Assembly (NCBI GenBank): GCA_965649765.1
Contig: OZ287753.1
Location: 65,348,001-65,412,000, forward strand
Direction: 5' to 3'
DNA from: Bispira polyomma
Lineage: Eukaryota
DNA: 64,000 bases
Shown here: positions 1 through 13,469 of the stretch, in pieces
How positions within the stretch are numbered: position 1 is the first letter of the stretch
Layout of the letters: every line of letters starts with the position of its first letter
The notes under the pieces: generated by a model
What the model saw: only the letters and a program-made list of their open reading frames with translations
The model's database searches: none
What the model was told of the DNA's origin: nothing
Translations under genes and position numbers: made by a program

Positions 1-229
1 ATGACCTTGAAGTAAGGGTTAACACATAAGTGACAGATTTATATATCTCTAACATTTATTTCAAACATTTAGGTAATCTCAACTACATAACAAATTATCA
101 AATTAGTAATGTTAGTTAACATTGACATACTACTGAAAGAGGTAGGAGTAAACTCCCATGCCCAAAATTTAGGAAGTTGGAAAAATTTGGTAGCAACTAT
201 TTGTGAGACCTGAATGGATTCAATGTAAT

Positions 230-1400
230 CGTATATGGCATTACTTGTCCACTGAGCATGTGACCTAATTTTTTAAAAAGCAAGAAGGGAAAGTGGCACT
301 AGTTCTATGAACGAGTGAAAGGTATAATGATCAGGTTCGAACCCCAGTACCCAAATGATGCTAGCCAACATTTGGCGAACCTTGCTTGGCAACAAAGGGA
401 TAGTGCCCTTAGTAACAGGGAGAAGAACAATTAGGTGGGTAGACAGTGCAGGTAATCTAGTAATCATATATTTAACAGCAGTGGTTGGGCACAGGGGAGA
501 AACACCCAATGCATTGAGTTGGATTACATTAAATTGGTTTGCTTATCAACCCAAAGTGAGCCTATGTACATCAAATATCTGAGAATGGGAAGCGGGCACT
601 AATTTAGACACACATAAAAAGCCCAAAAAGGCCATCAGAAATAGAGTGTTATATACGTAGCCATTCCTAATGGATTCACATTTATGTACAATGTCAAGCA
701 GCATAACAAATGAAATGACACATTTAAACTGAAGTGTATATGTAGAGTTGTTTGCGATGAATTTTAAAAGCAATTTTACTTTTAAATGATTAATATTGGA
801 CATAGGAAATGCAAAATAAGTCAAGTGATGCCAGACACTGGACACATAGTTAAGTATAGAAGCATGACTTTAACCCATTTGTTGCAAATACTCCACAAAC
901 ACGAGTATATAGCATCAATTCCAAAGTAGATTGAAAACTAAGGAAGACCCAGAACTGGGCTATATAGGCCTTTGAGGTTTTTTGTTTGAAACCTAGTGGA
1001 ATCTTAGCACAGGCTGACTTCAGCATGACCGAGGCCAAGGGGTTACCTTAAAATTATATAAAATAGTTAGGCCACCATACACATTGTATCAATGAGTCCC
1101 TAACTTGTTTGTTAACCTTATTATAAAACAATCTGGACAGAGAATCTGCCTGGACATTCCTTACACCTGGAACATGTTCAAGTTTAATTTAGGTATCATA
1201 CATGGCTTGCCCACACCACATGGATCTGGCATACAACATTTAACACACAGTCTTGCCAGAGGTTAATACCTAGACCACAGCCTCGTTATCACAAAATATA
1301 CTCAGATATTTGCCTTTCCACATATGGCCTCATGTTGTTGTTATGACTAGAACATTGCCCATTTCCAGGTACACAATGACAGCTTTTCTAAAGTAAGGTG
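230..1400 (-). mobile_element. Degraded DIRS-like retrotransposon fragment (RNase H plus tyrosine recombinase)
   Basis: Minus-strand frames give RNase H-type motifs (IFCDNEAVV, HVPGVRNVQADSLSR at about 1140-1310) and YR motifs (FLMAFLGFL.VSKLVP, LCP, YTFHSF) across ORFs 850-1038, 546-845 and 273-509. Several stops and frameshifts. Confidence 0.8.
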
Positions 1401-1503
1401 GGATAGTTGCAGCACAGACCTGTGTCCCCCATATTACCCCTATCCCAATTAAATATGCATCTATATAGATGTTTAATAACTAAATCTGATAATATGTGCC
1501 TAA

Positions 1504-1961
1504 TGCCCCAGTCCCACTGACCGTCACGTTAGGAGTTGTTTGAAAATTATTTTTTGTAGCTTTTGCGTAGTATTTGTGGGAGCTGACGTAAAATACATAA
1601 ACATATATAACCTGGCATAAGAGATGAGATGCAAGAAATTTGTAATTTCCAACCGTTTGAAATTTATACACGCAAACCAGGTAAGATTGATGCGACAAGC
1701 AACGTAACCAAAAACGTGGACTTGCATAGATCTATTGCCGAAACGTGGTTTGACGTAGCCAAGGAGTGTTAACGTAATACACATAATACAGCATGAGAAT
1801 ACATAGAAATGATGTAGTATTACATGGATCTCTGCATCAGTTTACACCTTTGACGTAATAAAAAAATATAAATGTACTTCTGTGTGGACTTTTGCATTAA
1901 ATATTTGCGTCAGCCTTGCGTGGTTAACATAGACTAACGTAAATCCGGTGGGACTGGGGCT
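1504..1961. mobile_element. MITE, probably PIF/Harbinger type
   Basis: Terminal inverted repeats gccccagtcccac / gtgggactggggc, flanked by TAA (1501-1503) and TTA (1962-1964). Confidence 0.65.
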
Positions 1962-1984
1962 TTACTGGAAAATGAAGAACATTG

Positions 1985-3110
1985 AAGAACACTTTGAGGG
2001 TAGAGTGAGAAGTGCCTTAGTTTTTAGTAAGGCATGAGTTTAAAGACTCTATCTAACTTAAAGTAGATTTCATGAGTTGGTTACCTACAGTACTTACTTT
2101 TTAATGATTTATTTATTATATTTTTAAGAAAATAAATACATTTCTTTTATGACTTATTTTACTTGGTAAAAGTTTAATTTAAAAACCTGCAGCCAGCTAT
2201 TCTATTTTCGTTGAATGCCTTTGCATGATGGAATAAATGATGATGTATGTTAGTAATCATTCAATCAGAGATCTCAATATGTGTTGCAAACAACATAGTT
2301 CCTCTCCAATGAAAGTTTGAACAACTTGTATTCTGTATGATTGATGTGAAATTATTTAATAACATATTGCATTGCATAACATAAACAATTCTAGTGGTTA
2401 GAATAAAATCTTTCTTGTTTCTGAACTGTAACTTCGCATAATTTAAAGACATTCAAAGAAAAGCAAAAAGATTTCCTCTCTTCTTGTTTTTTTTAAAGCT
2501 TGATAGACCCTTTACGTTTTAGTATACAACTTTGATCAGTGTTAAAATTATATCAATTAAAATAGTTAAACAGTTTTAATTGTTTGTTTTTAATTGCTTA
2601 AGAATTTTTGTGATCACCCATTCAGTCTATCCCCCAACACCTCCCACAGGGATTGTATTCAAATGAGGCTTGACCCACGTTTTGTCTCAGCTGTACAAGA
2701 CATTTGTAGTAAATGTCTTCACTTAGCCCTGTTTGTGACATAGGGGCTGATATTCTCCAAATAAGCTCATGTTTAAACTTGTAAACATCTTAAATAATAA
2801 AGAAATCCTCTTGCATGAAAATAACCTATATACTTTAATACCCATTCATCGTTAATAAAGCTTTCAACACAGCATTGAAATATAATTTAGATATGTTTAC
2901 TCTGTCAGAGTTAATAGAGAACCAAGATTTGAGTTGGTTGAGTATGGGTTTGGTTTGAGCTGAGTAAACATTCTAATACACAAGCCCTGCTCTACGTACA
3001 GCAGCCATTGTCCACACATTTCTTAGATGCCCTGGGGTCGTAGTTCAGTACGAAAACTCCACCAACGTCCCACACCGCCTTTAGTAGAGACCATCTACAA
3101 ACACATCTTC
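1985..3110 (-). pseudogene. Inverted, degraded duplicate of gene A coding exon 5 plus its downstream intron
   Basis: Reverse complement aligns by eye to about 31255-32320 (e.g. ggcggtgtgggacgttggtgga, gaaatgtgtggacaatggctgct|gta, plus long intronic matches). The exon copy has an in-frame TAA and a 1-bp deletion. Confidence 0.85.
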
Positions 3111-3228
3111 AAAATGAAACCAATAGTATGTTTATATGCATAAAGTACATATATTGACACATATAAGTGTATTAAGCCCTTCAAACACCGCCTACGACAC
3201 TACAATACAGAAAATTTAAAATAAAGAG

Positions 3229-6200
3229 TTATAGGAAATAAAGTTTAAAAAATTTGAAATAAGGAAATATATGAAATAAGGTAATTTTTATGTACAGACT
3301 ATACACACTGGCCAAGACACGACAACCCACTAAACCACACTGCACGACACTGCAATTTGACTTGGAGAAATCTCTTAAAATCCTTTCAAACAATATCCTC
3401 TTCACTTTGAGCATTTGTGACCTATCAACAAACATAATAATTGCAGCAGTGTTTGCCATCACATGATTTATATAAGTTCTATTATCTCGAGATTTAAGAA
3501 ACTCCATTCTTCTCTTGGGAATCAGTGGGATAACTTGTGGATGTGACACACTTCTCCAATACTAACTTAAGACTGTCTGCTGCATTAGGACCATCAGTTA
3601 TAAACTTGACTTCTGTCGCACCAGATGTGCCAATATGCTTTACTGCTGATTTGATTTGGCACATGTTTACGGTAGCCCTAGTGATAGCATCAAAGATGGA
3701 CGCTGAGATAGCTGCTGAGTGATGTTCTCTTTGTTCATGAATCCAATCTTTATTCCACGGAGAGATTTTAATGACAGCTTCTTGATTCTATCAGAAACAC
3801 CCTTGCCTTTAAATACAAACATTATCTCCAAGGTATTGTTACATACGAAGGTCCTCAGTGGCCAAGTAGTTAGCAAGTTTGGCATCTAATCACAGGCTAT
3901 CACCTCTGTGGGTTCGCCTCCCACAAGTGACATATGCTGTGGGCCTGTCCCAATACGACCTTGGCTGTTTTACACGAAACATGACTTTATGGTGATAGTC
4001 TTTTCCAAAACAATCATATAAGAAGTTTTGGATTTCTTTGAGCAAAGAAGCATCTGTTGGATCACGTGTCACCTCCAATTTACAGAATACTGGAGGCTGG
4101 CATACAATAACTTGCTTTTTTTTCTGGACAAGATCTTATATGTTTGGTGGACTGCTACACTTATTCATAAATAGTTTATAATTGTCAGGGAGTTCATCAG
4201 CCTCCTCCAGTATACAGCAAACAAAGCCTTTCAAAGCCCTCCCACTATGTACCAATAGTCTCACAGACAGTGATTCTTCTAAGTCAGTCATTGGTTTCAG
4301 AGAACCACTATATTCCAGATCTTGGTAAAATAGGTTCAGCTCTAATGCCACAGTCTCGTGTTGGTTTGTGACTTTCTTACTAACCTTGGGGGCGTGGTGG
4401 CCTAGTGGTTAGGAAGCATTGCGCTTCATAATCACTGGTCTCCCACCTCTGGGATCGGCTGGCGTGGGTTCGACTTCCGTCGATGCCTATGCGGGAAAAG
4501 TGGTAGTTCCTTACTGTGGGCCGCTGGTTTCGGTATAGAACCTTGACTTTATACAGTGTTTCCTCCAGCGTTCCAACTACCCGTCCCAATATAACCTACT
4601 AAAATGTACTAGAGTGGACGTTAAATATCCAAATTCAAATTCAAAATTCAAATTCTTACTAATCCTCGAACAAGATTTAAAATAACATCTTAAGAGTTGC
4701 CTTTTGCCAAAGGTCTGCCTTTGGTGACTGAAATGCTGTCCTATTATAGGTTACCTCTGTTGTCAGTGATACACTTGTCAGCCAGCGTTTTCACTGATTC
4801 TATCACTGTCTCTGGTATAAATACATGGAGGCCAGTGTCTCTTCTTTCAAACTTCACATGATTCTCAACATCATACCCTTGAAAGTTGATGTCGCTTATG
4901 GATGTCTTTATCATTTCCATCAGCCTGATCTGAAATTCATGATCAGTGACATCTAAAACAACAGGCTCAAGCCTTTTAGTCTTATGTCCAGTATCTTCTT
5001 CACTCAAACTCTTTGTGATCAACTCTTTGGCTAATCTGGATAAAAAGCTTAATGAGTCCTGATAACCAGTGGTACAATGTACTCTGGCAGAAAACTGAGC
5101 ACTGCAGGGTGGATTTTCAGATCAAAGGTACATTTCTTTACGAAGCAACAGTAATTAGCAGACCCAAGTCCTCTAAAGCTGCACATCTTTGTACCATACA
5201 CTTCTAGCAGGATATCTTTTAGAACATCATCAACTGCTTCTTCAGCCATTTTTACTAAATAAAAGAGTAACCTCCTCTGGTGCTTCATAGACATCAGTAG
5301 AGTGGCATAGATACATTTAAACAGACTCCACAAGAAGGTCATAAATACCATAGCTTTTGCATTAGAGTGCTTTGGACTTGTACTTAGTCCATTGCCTCAT
5401 GATGTGAACCATACTGTATATGTGGCCGTTTTCCTTATACCATTTTAGTTTCCTCAAATATGGAGATTAGATAGCCTAGTATCAGTAAAAAAATTGTCAA
5501 AAATTTAGCCTGCCTCTGAGATTTGACATAAGCTTCAACAATAATAGAAAAAAACCATTGTCGATACCAGCATTGGCTTTTTTTAAATCACTAACATTTT
5601 AAAGTCTACTGTTCTTTGTTGAAGTTTGTGAAGGTGGAGTAATGTCTACATTCCAAAAGGGATATTTCTTGGTTTGCCCTATAGGGCCAGTTTCTTTTCT
5701 TTGGTTTTAGAAGATACCTTATGTCCAGGTGGGGCAGATTTGGATCTGTTGGCAGTCTTCTGTGCCAACTTTCTCTTTGATGAGGGTGAACTTGATGCAG
5801 AGTACACAGTACTGATTTCCATTGAGCTATGTGTATGCTAGGTTCCTGGACAAGGTCCAGTCTTTGAAATACAGACAACTTACTGCTGCCATCACTGTTG
5901 CCATCACTGCTTCTACAAATCACAAACAGTGAAAACATCTGTATTGATACAATGTCTGTTACTGACGTCATTATGTAACACACTTGTAACAGCAAAGTTC
6001 ATTAACCCTAGTATTGGTAATATAGGACATTTGTTCTCCCTGGCTAGTACAGCTTCATGTGTAAAACATATATCAATTGGGCAACGCTGACATTGGCAAT
6101 TGCCCAAGTGTTTGTTTCACCAGAATTCACTATAAGTAATGAGATTTTCCCTTGTACATAATTCTACCTGTTTTATATTACTCATAAACATCTTTAAGGC

Positions 6201-7184
6201 TGTACTTACACTAGAGAGAACATTATGCTGTTTATTAAACTCTCTGATCTACATTGTCCTGAGTCTTGGTACAACTTTCATTGCCTTTTTTGTGCACATA
6301 CTCTCTGGGTGTTCATAATTTCTGCGTACCATTTTTTTAAATATTGTAACACACAGCTACCTTACCTGATTTTTCTTTTCTCGCACCTTTGTTACAGCCT
6401 GAGCTCTCTGACTTGAGTGCTCTCTGGGTAAAACGCTGCCTGATTTGCTCATATTTACCTAATTGGTCCCACGGCACATATACCTGTTCAATTTCTGAAA
6501 GCACTGGTGCATGGGCCCGTTGAGCCATTCGCCATGGGAGATCTATATCGTCTTGCATGAGTAAGTACTGATAATTAAACTTATCATGTTTTTTTCTCAA
6601 TTCCTCGTCTGCCTCTAGCAATACACGCCGGCAAAACCCAAGACCCATTAAAATATGCTTAGTTCCTCATACATCGGTAGTTTCATGTTTTCTGTCAACA
6701 TGCAGTGTTCATGTGGCCATAAAACAGATTCGCAAACCTGTTGATTCCTAAGCCTATAATGCCCTGATTTAAGACTCCCGCACATGGGAGTCCGTTTGCA
6801 GAAAGTCTAACAACGGCAATCTCTTTGAAGTACTTTGTGGTTCGTGTTTCTCTCCCTTCTCACGACTGTGTTTTAGAGCTTTGGGGAGTTTTGCGCTGAT
6901 CGATGCGACGCAAATGTTGAGCGACTGTCCCTCTGTACTTCTTGACACGACACCCATTGCTCAAAGTACCCAAACGTCTCCAACACCTTATCCAGCTTAT
7001 CTATGACATGCGTGATGCAAATGCATTTGGTAACCGACTTACTCTTTGCCCTCTGCAAAGCTTCTGTCTGTGAATGTGACTGATATGGGCTTGCCTCTGA
7101 GACGATGTAACGGGCACCGATGCGAGAACCTGCTGTTGTGGATCGGACTCTGACATGGTATGTTCTGTGTTCTGTTTTACACAA
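3229..7184 (-). other. Block of closely packed, same-strand short ORFs of unknown origin (possible degraded virus-like or Maverick accessory region)
   Basis: About ten minus-strand ORFs with protein-like composition and no clear splice pattern; interrupted by a SINE. No recognisable domain. Confidence 0.3.
4388..4655 (+). mobile_element. tRNA-derived SINE, copy 1
   Basis: A box (ggtggcctagtggtt), B box (ggttcgacttc), body shared with the copy at 19258, aaattc-repeat tail, target duplication ttcttactaa on both sides. Confidence 0.9.
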
Positions 7185-8599
7185 TTCCCCCCCCCCCCCC
7201 CCCCCCCAGATAATGAGCTTTTACGAAAAGGTGTAACTTCTACAAGCGACATTTCGAGAGAAGCTACATTTGTTTCATTATGTACTAGTATATGTTTTAG
7301 AAAGTAGCTCCAGAAACTGACACCTGATGCTAATGTAGTTAATTTACTGGTTGACATATAGTCAACTAAACTTAAACAAACTACAAATTTACCGCTTATT
7401 CTTATTCTGACGGTATTTTAGCTAGATAATGTACTCTGACCAAAAGCAATTGATCTTACACATAGTTTGAAACAGTACATTTTGTTACTTAATTTGATAT
7501 TTTTATCAGTGGACAGTTAATATAGAACCTGTGTACCTTAAAGGTACTGCTGTGTGGTGTTTAGTAATACACTAAATATGATCCTAAAATTGCTAAACTC
7601 CATTGAGAAATGACAAGGATGCCTTAACCTCAGTAAACCAATTATAACATCTAGAGAGAAAACCATAGAGCCCTCATCTAATGTAGAAAACTTTAAAATA
7701 GAAAGCTCGACACAATATAGCTATTTTAATAAGGTTGACGTTTTCAACCGCAATGCAGGTAAAACGACTTAATGTCAAAAATAATGGTTTTATGTTTCAG
7801 TAAAAAAAAACAAACTGGGCTGTAGTAGTGACAAAAGGGCTAAGCCAAGACTTTGTCTTAGATCTAGTACAGTTATGTACTAGATTTAGGGCTGATTTGA
7901 TTAAGGTTGACAACATTAGATGCTGTCCTCGTATTTAATATTGAGTAGCTAAAACAATCCCTCCAAACTTAATCATAAGTGAATTGCTTCTGTAATATTC
8001 AACCATATTTGACCAGGTTTAATTCATATATCAAAGCTCAAAGCAGTATAAGAATTAAAGCAAATTTTTTATTTATTTTTTGTAATAGAAAGTGCAAGGT
8101 GACCTAATATATTAAATACGTTTGTTTGGCTAAATTTCACAGTGCCAAACATTTTTGGACTTACTTTAACCAGTTTTTGCAAATTTATTCAAAAAAAAAA
8201 TATATATATATATGATTACTATATTATTTAGTTTAAATTTAACAACTGCTTGCCAGCTGTATTTACTACACAGCATATTGACATTCATTAAAAATACAAT
8301 TGTATACTCGTAATAATAATAGTTTGTTTTTTTTTGTCCTCGGGTAAATACAGTAAATACATGTATCATAAATATAGAACTGAAACAATGAGAAACAGAC
8401 ATACTGTTTGCAAGAGCATGGTAAATGTACATAAAATAACCAAAAACATTTAGCTATATAATATTAATGATCCAATGGGTAATTAAACAATTTATTAATG
8501 ACTAAATTATTGTGGGCATCCCAAATTTAAGAATTTAAAACTGGGGAAGCAGTTTTAAGCACGGGTCCATATCTGACTGCTAACCAGTGAAGGCTTTTC

Positions 8600-10170
8600 A
8601 GAACTGGTGATATCAGAAAACTTGGATTTTTTTAGTAACAATGCCATATCAATTCGAAATAGGGTGCCATCGGTTATCGATCTAATTGAAAACCATGACC
8701 TTGATATGGCTTGGTTGTCTGAGACATGGCTGAGCAGCAAGAATACTGATCTTTCCTTTCTGAAGTAACGCCTTCTGGCTAAAAAATATGCTTCACTCCC
8801 ACATGCCTGATAGACACAGAGGTGGAGTTGGTTAAAACACATTCTTTTGAAACATTCCCAATATCCAACCCTCTCAATCCCTTGAAGTATACCTACAAAA
8901 TTTCTAATAGATTTCGAATCATTCCTGGTTTTGTCTCTTTATCAAACTCCAAATTTATTCCTTATCAGCTTTCACCCAAGGTTTTTGTGAATTCTGAGAA
9001 ACCCAGAACCTCTTCCCACCCTAGGCTATTATGCTAGGTGATTTTAATATTAAAGACATCAATAACAGAGTTACCAAATAATTCAACGGCTTCTTTGCAT
9101 TGTTCAAGCAGAGTCTAAACAGGTAAAATTATGTCTCGATGATGTTGGGGTCTCAGACAATCTTGCCATGTTTGCCCATATTACTTTGCCCAGACCAGTG
9201 TCACAAAAGACTTAAAATACTGTAATATTAGAAAATCAACATTGAGAAATATCAGGAAGACATTCTTGCATCTCGCGTCACCTTACATTGTTGTAAAAAT
9301 GTGGACAGCCTTAGCTTGCAATACAATCATACTCTATCCTTTAAATTTATACTCTATAGGTTTCCAAAACCCTCTCACTCTTTAAGCCCCATTGATAGAC
9401 TAACACGGACATGAAGGAGGCCAAATTACGTGAACTTAAATGTCTATAGCATTACACCAAATCACAATTTCATATGCAGAGCCATAGAATTATCACAAAC
9501 CACTTCAATATATAGAAGTGATTTATATAGACTCCATTGTCACCGAAAACTCAAACAGTCTACAAAGTCATGGAAATCAATCAATAAAATACCCAATCAT
9601 ACATCTGAACAAGTTTTGCCTGATGATAACTCACAAGATAAGACAAATCCCTATGGCTTTTCAACAATGTCTCAATTCCGGCATCATTCCCGGATTACAT
9701 AATTTCTAATTTGCTCCAGTTGCACACACTTTAAAAGAATGATGTTCTCCGAACTCTTAAAATCATCTTTTATCAAATTTTGTGAACTGGATGCTATCAC
9801 TGACACTATCCAAACTGAATTCTGAGACATTCTTATTACTCCTGTTACAACTATTATAAATTTTTCACTTTGTGATTGTATTTTTTTTAAAGACCGCTTA
9901 TGTTGCCCCTTACTAAAAAATTTAGGGTTTGACAACAATTAGCTGAAAATTATAGTCTAGTCTCCAACCTCAGCTTTGTCTCCAAACTGGTTGAGAAAGC
10001 TGTTGCAAAACAAATCAACTACAAAAACAGACAAAATATTGCTCACTCACACCAATCTGTTTACAGAATGTTTCAATCTACAGATAGTGCCGTTTGTCCA
10101 TCAGCAATGACATAAACATTGGCTTGGATTAGGATTAAACTGTGGCCCTGACACTTTGAGATCTCTTGTT
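8600..10170 (+). mobile_element. Degraded L2/CR1-clade LINE ORF2 (APE endonuclease plus start of RT)
   Basis: Motifs NAISIRN..LSETWL, LGDFN and SNLSFVSKLVEKAVAKQ in broken frames. Confidence 0.8.
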
Positions 10171-11278
10171 GCTTTAACAAAATCTAAAATGCTTTACCGC
10201 AGAAAATGCCCTCACTGCATGTCCATTTTATATTATTTTCAATTATTATGAAGAACGTATTTGCGTCTGGATGTATTGTGTTGTATGTATGTATATGTTG
10301 TCCAGGTATTTTTTGTTTCAATGTTTTTTTAAATATTACCTCTTTTATCAGTAGAGACATTGTTAGCCAAGCAAAGATATTGTAGTATCAGTTTATCATA
10401 TGAGACTCCCTAATTGTGGAATGGTTTACCTCATAATATGTGTACAGCACCCTCACTTTCCTCCTTTTGCTACTAACTTTTTGTACCTTTTCAGCAAGCA
10501 ATTACAAAACATTTCTTTAATTGAACATGTTATTTTGTTCAACAAGCAATTATTAAACATTTCTTTAATTCAACATGTTATTTTGTCTGTTTTAGTAATT
10601 TGGTTTATATACATGATAAAATATTGCTAGCATAATGTATTTGTATAGGGACTTATAACACGTGCTATTGAAATCACACTAATTGTTGCTCATGTATTAT
10701 TATGTGATATTATAAATATTATACATAATTAAAAAATGCTGGTAGTTTTATAATAAATATTTAATTCCGATTTGTGTCTTTTTACTGTCTTTATAGTAAT
10801 TAGTATGGTATTCTGGGTGTGTATTGGGATTTGTTTTTAAGTGCATTTCCAATTTGATTAAATGAATACCAAAAAAGATGTATTTTTGTAATATATATGG
10901 TATTGTATATCTAGTTTATAACATCTATAAAATATATTACCTGTGCTTATTCACATTATTTAGCCAGTAACTAGTTTGGACTGTTAACTAGCAATCCCCT
11001 AAAAGGGCCTGCTGTGCACAGTCTACTAAAGATATAAGATTTGAAGATCAGTACAAGAGATGCTTGTAAAAGTCAGTGAAAAGATTTTGTTTGAGCTTTT
11101 ATTTATATACATGTTAGTATTAAAAAACAATTTTTGAAATAATGGTTAAAAGTTTAAGTAAATTTTAAGCCCCAAACTAGAAAGAAAGAGGAATGGCTGA
11201 GGCATAGGTATTAGGCACCACTTAGTCAGCCTGAGAAGCCTTTTGTAAATAAGCCCAAACTGAAGAAGATCTCCATAG

Positions 11279-11512
11279 CCATTCAGCACAATGGAAAAAT
11301 ATTTGTTTGCAGAACAGAGTGCAGAACTTTTTGGAGATCAACCATTAATCCACAAGCTGACACAGGAAAATGACCCAGTAAATATTAAAAGATTAGGAAG
11401 AATGATCAAAGGATTCGAAAAGTCTGTGTGGAGAAAAGAGGTTGAACAGATGCTGTACACCAGACTGTTTGAAAAATTTCAGCAGAATCCACAAATAATT
11501 ACAACAGGCTAA
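11279..11512 (+). pseudogene. NADAR (YbiA-like) domain fragment
   Basis: PFSTMEKYLFAEQSAELFGD...DPVNIKRLGRMIKGFEKSVW...LFEKFQQNP matches the central NADAR pattern (F.s.E.Y...A.LFGD....P...K.LGR.v..F....W.......KF.QN). Upstream stop codon and no C-terminal part. Confidence 0.8.
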
Positions 11513-13462
11513 TAACTGATGCCAAAAAGCAACATTACGACTCCATCATCCCTGAAAATCAGGATAATCCCAAAAGGTTATGGGCCTCCATAAACAAAAT
11601 TCTACATCGAACATCAGAGAAAGTTCTCCCCATAAACCACTGCCTTACCTTTTTAGCTGAAAAATTTGGAAAATTTTTTATAGAAAAAATCAGCAACATT
11701 CGTGACGCCTTCCTAACGATACATCACTTCAATCCTCCAGCCCCAGGATATAAGGTTTGTAACCTGTTTCATTTTAGTACACTGTCAGAGCCTGAAGTTC
11801 TGAAACTCATCAAATCCTCTACTATTAAATCTTGTGAATTAGATCCCATCCCAGCAGTTATTCTAAGTCAATGTCTTGACATTCTTGTCACACCCATAAC
11901 AAATATATTAAACTTTTCTCTTCGGGATGGTGTTTTTCCCACCTGTTTCAAGACGGCAAATGTAACTCCCTTGATTAAAAACAAGGGCTTGATAAAAACC
12001 AGCTCAAAAACTACAGACCTGTGGCAAACCTCAGCTTCGTCTCAAAAGTTATCGAGAAACCTGTAGCTAAACAAATTTCTGACCACCTTAATAGACAAAA
12101 CATTGAAAATCGCCACCAGTGTGCTTATAGAAAATTTCGCTCTACAGAAAGTGCCCTTTTTTCCATCAGCAATGATATCAATCTTGCACTGGACCGCAAT
12201 GACACAGTGGATCTCTCAGCTGCATTTGACACTATTGATCATGTCCTGCTCTGCGAAACTCTCAAGCAGTGGTTCGGTATAAATAGCAGTGTCCTTAAAT
12301 GGATCAGATCCTACCTTACTCTTAGGGCACAAAGAATTAAAGTAGATGATCACTTGTCATCTTCCATAAAGCTACCATATGGATTACCGCAGGGATCCGT
12401 CCTTGGCCCTCTACTTTTCACCCTTTATACACATCCTCTCAGCACTGTCATCAATAAACACAATATAAAACACCACATGTATGCAGATGACACTCAAGTC
12501 TATCTCTCTCAATCCACAAAATGCAAATACTAACATAGACCTACTTGCAGACTGTCTTCCCTGATGTCCAGGCGTGGATGAACTACTCCAAACTAAAGCT
12601 TAACCCTGACAAAACAGAATTCATCCTCATAAGAAACAAGAAAAACAGTGAACTCCTAAAATCTTTGTTTCCCATCTCCCTGCTGGGAAAAGACATACGA
12701 CCTTCCGAAAATGCTAAAACCTGGGTGTCACTTTTGATTCAGCTTTTTCGTTCGATACTCATATTGCCAACATCTGTCGCTCTTGCTATTACCACATACG
12801 CGACATCAAAAGAATCGGAAACCACTTGTCCATGGAAACAGCGATAACTGTGGCAAATGCCCTTGTGAGTAGCCGCCTCGACTACTGCAATTCTCTCTTG
12901 TACGGAGCAAACAAGTCACACATTAAAAAGCTCCAGTCCATCCAAAACTACCTATGTAGGGTAATTTTTCGCCTGGGTTGTCGCACAGATGTCACTCCTT
13001 ACCTCAAAAAATTACACTGGCTGCCCATTAAATCTCGAATTTTGTTTAAGATTCACGTTACCACTTTTAAGGCTGTAGTCACTCAACAGCCACCCTACCT
13101 TGCCTCCCTTCTTTCTTTCAGTAACTGCAAGAGAGGCAACAGACTCTCCGTCACTTCGGTCAGACCAATCAGAAAGGCAAGATTCAGAGCGTTCTCCACT
13201 GCAACTCCACAGTTATGGAACAGCCTCCCAGTTGACCTCAGATTAGTTGACACACTTATCGGTTTTAGGAAAAAGCTTAAAACCTATCTTTTTAATCTTG
13301 CCTACCCACCTTAGCTTTCCTCGTGCACGCTCCCACTTTCTTCCTTACGACTTTGCAATTTTCATTGACTTAATGATTGGACTAATGATTCTGCTGTTGC
13401 GCTTTAGAAGATGCCTAGCATCAATAAAGCAGGTTAAAAATCTATAATAATAATAATAATAA
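11513..13462 (+). mobile_element. 5'-truncated L2/CR1-clade LINE (RT and C-terminal region) with frameshifts
   Basis: DLSAAFDTIDH, GLPQGSVLGPLLF, MYADDTQVY, LKLNPDKTE, SRLDYCNSLL, LHWLP, FRKKLKTYLF; (taa)n tail at about 13445-13460. Confidence 0.95.
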
Positions 13463-13469
13463 ATAAAAA

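Noticed and set aside
4380-4589. tRNA gene or small ORF
   Set aside because: It is a SINE head with body, tail and TSD; the ORFs here and at 19289-19471 are incidental.
5913-6107. Myristoylated viral protein MGNC...
   Set aside because: The start codon is TTG rather than ATG, so the MG motif is an artefact of the ORF caller.
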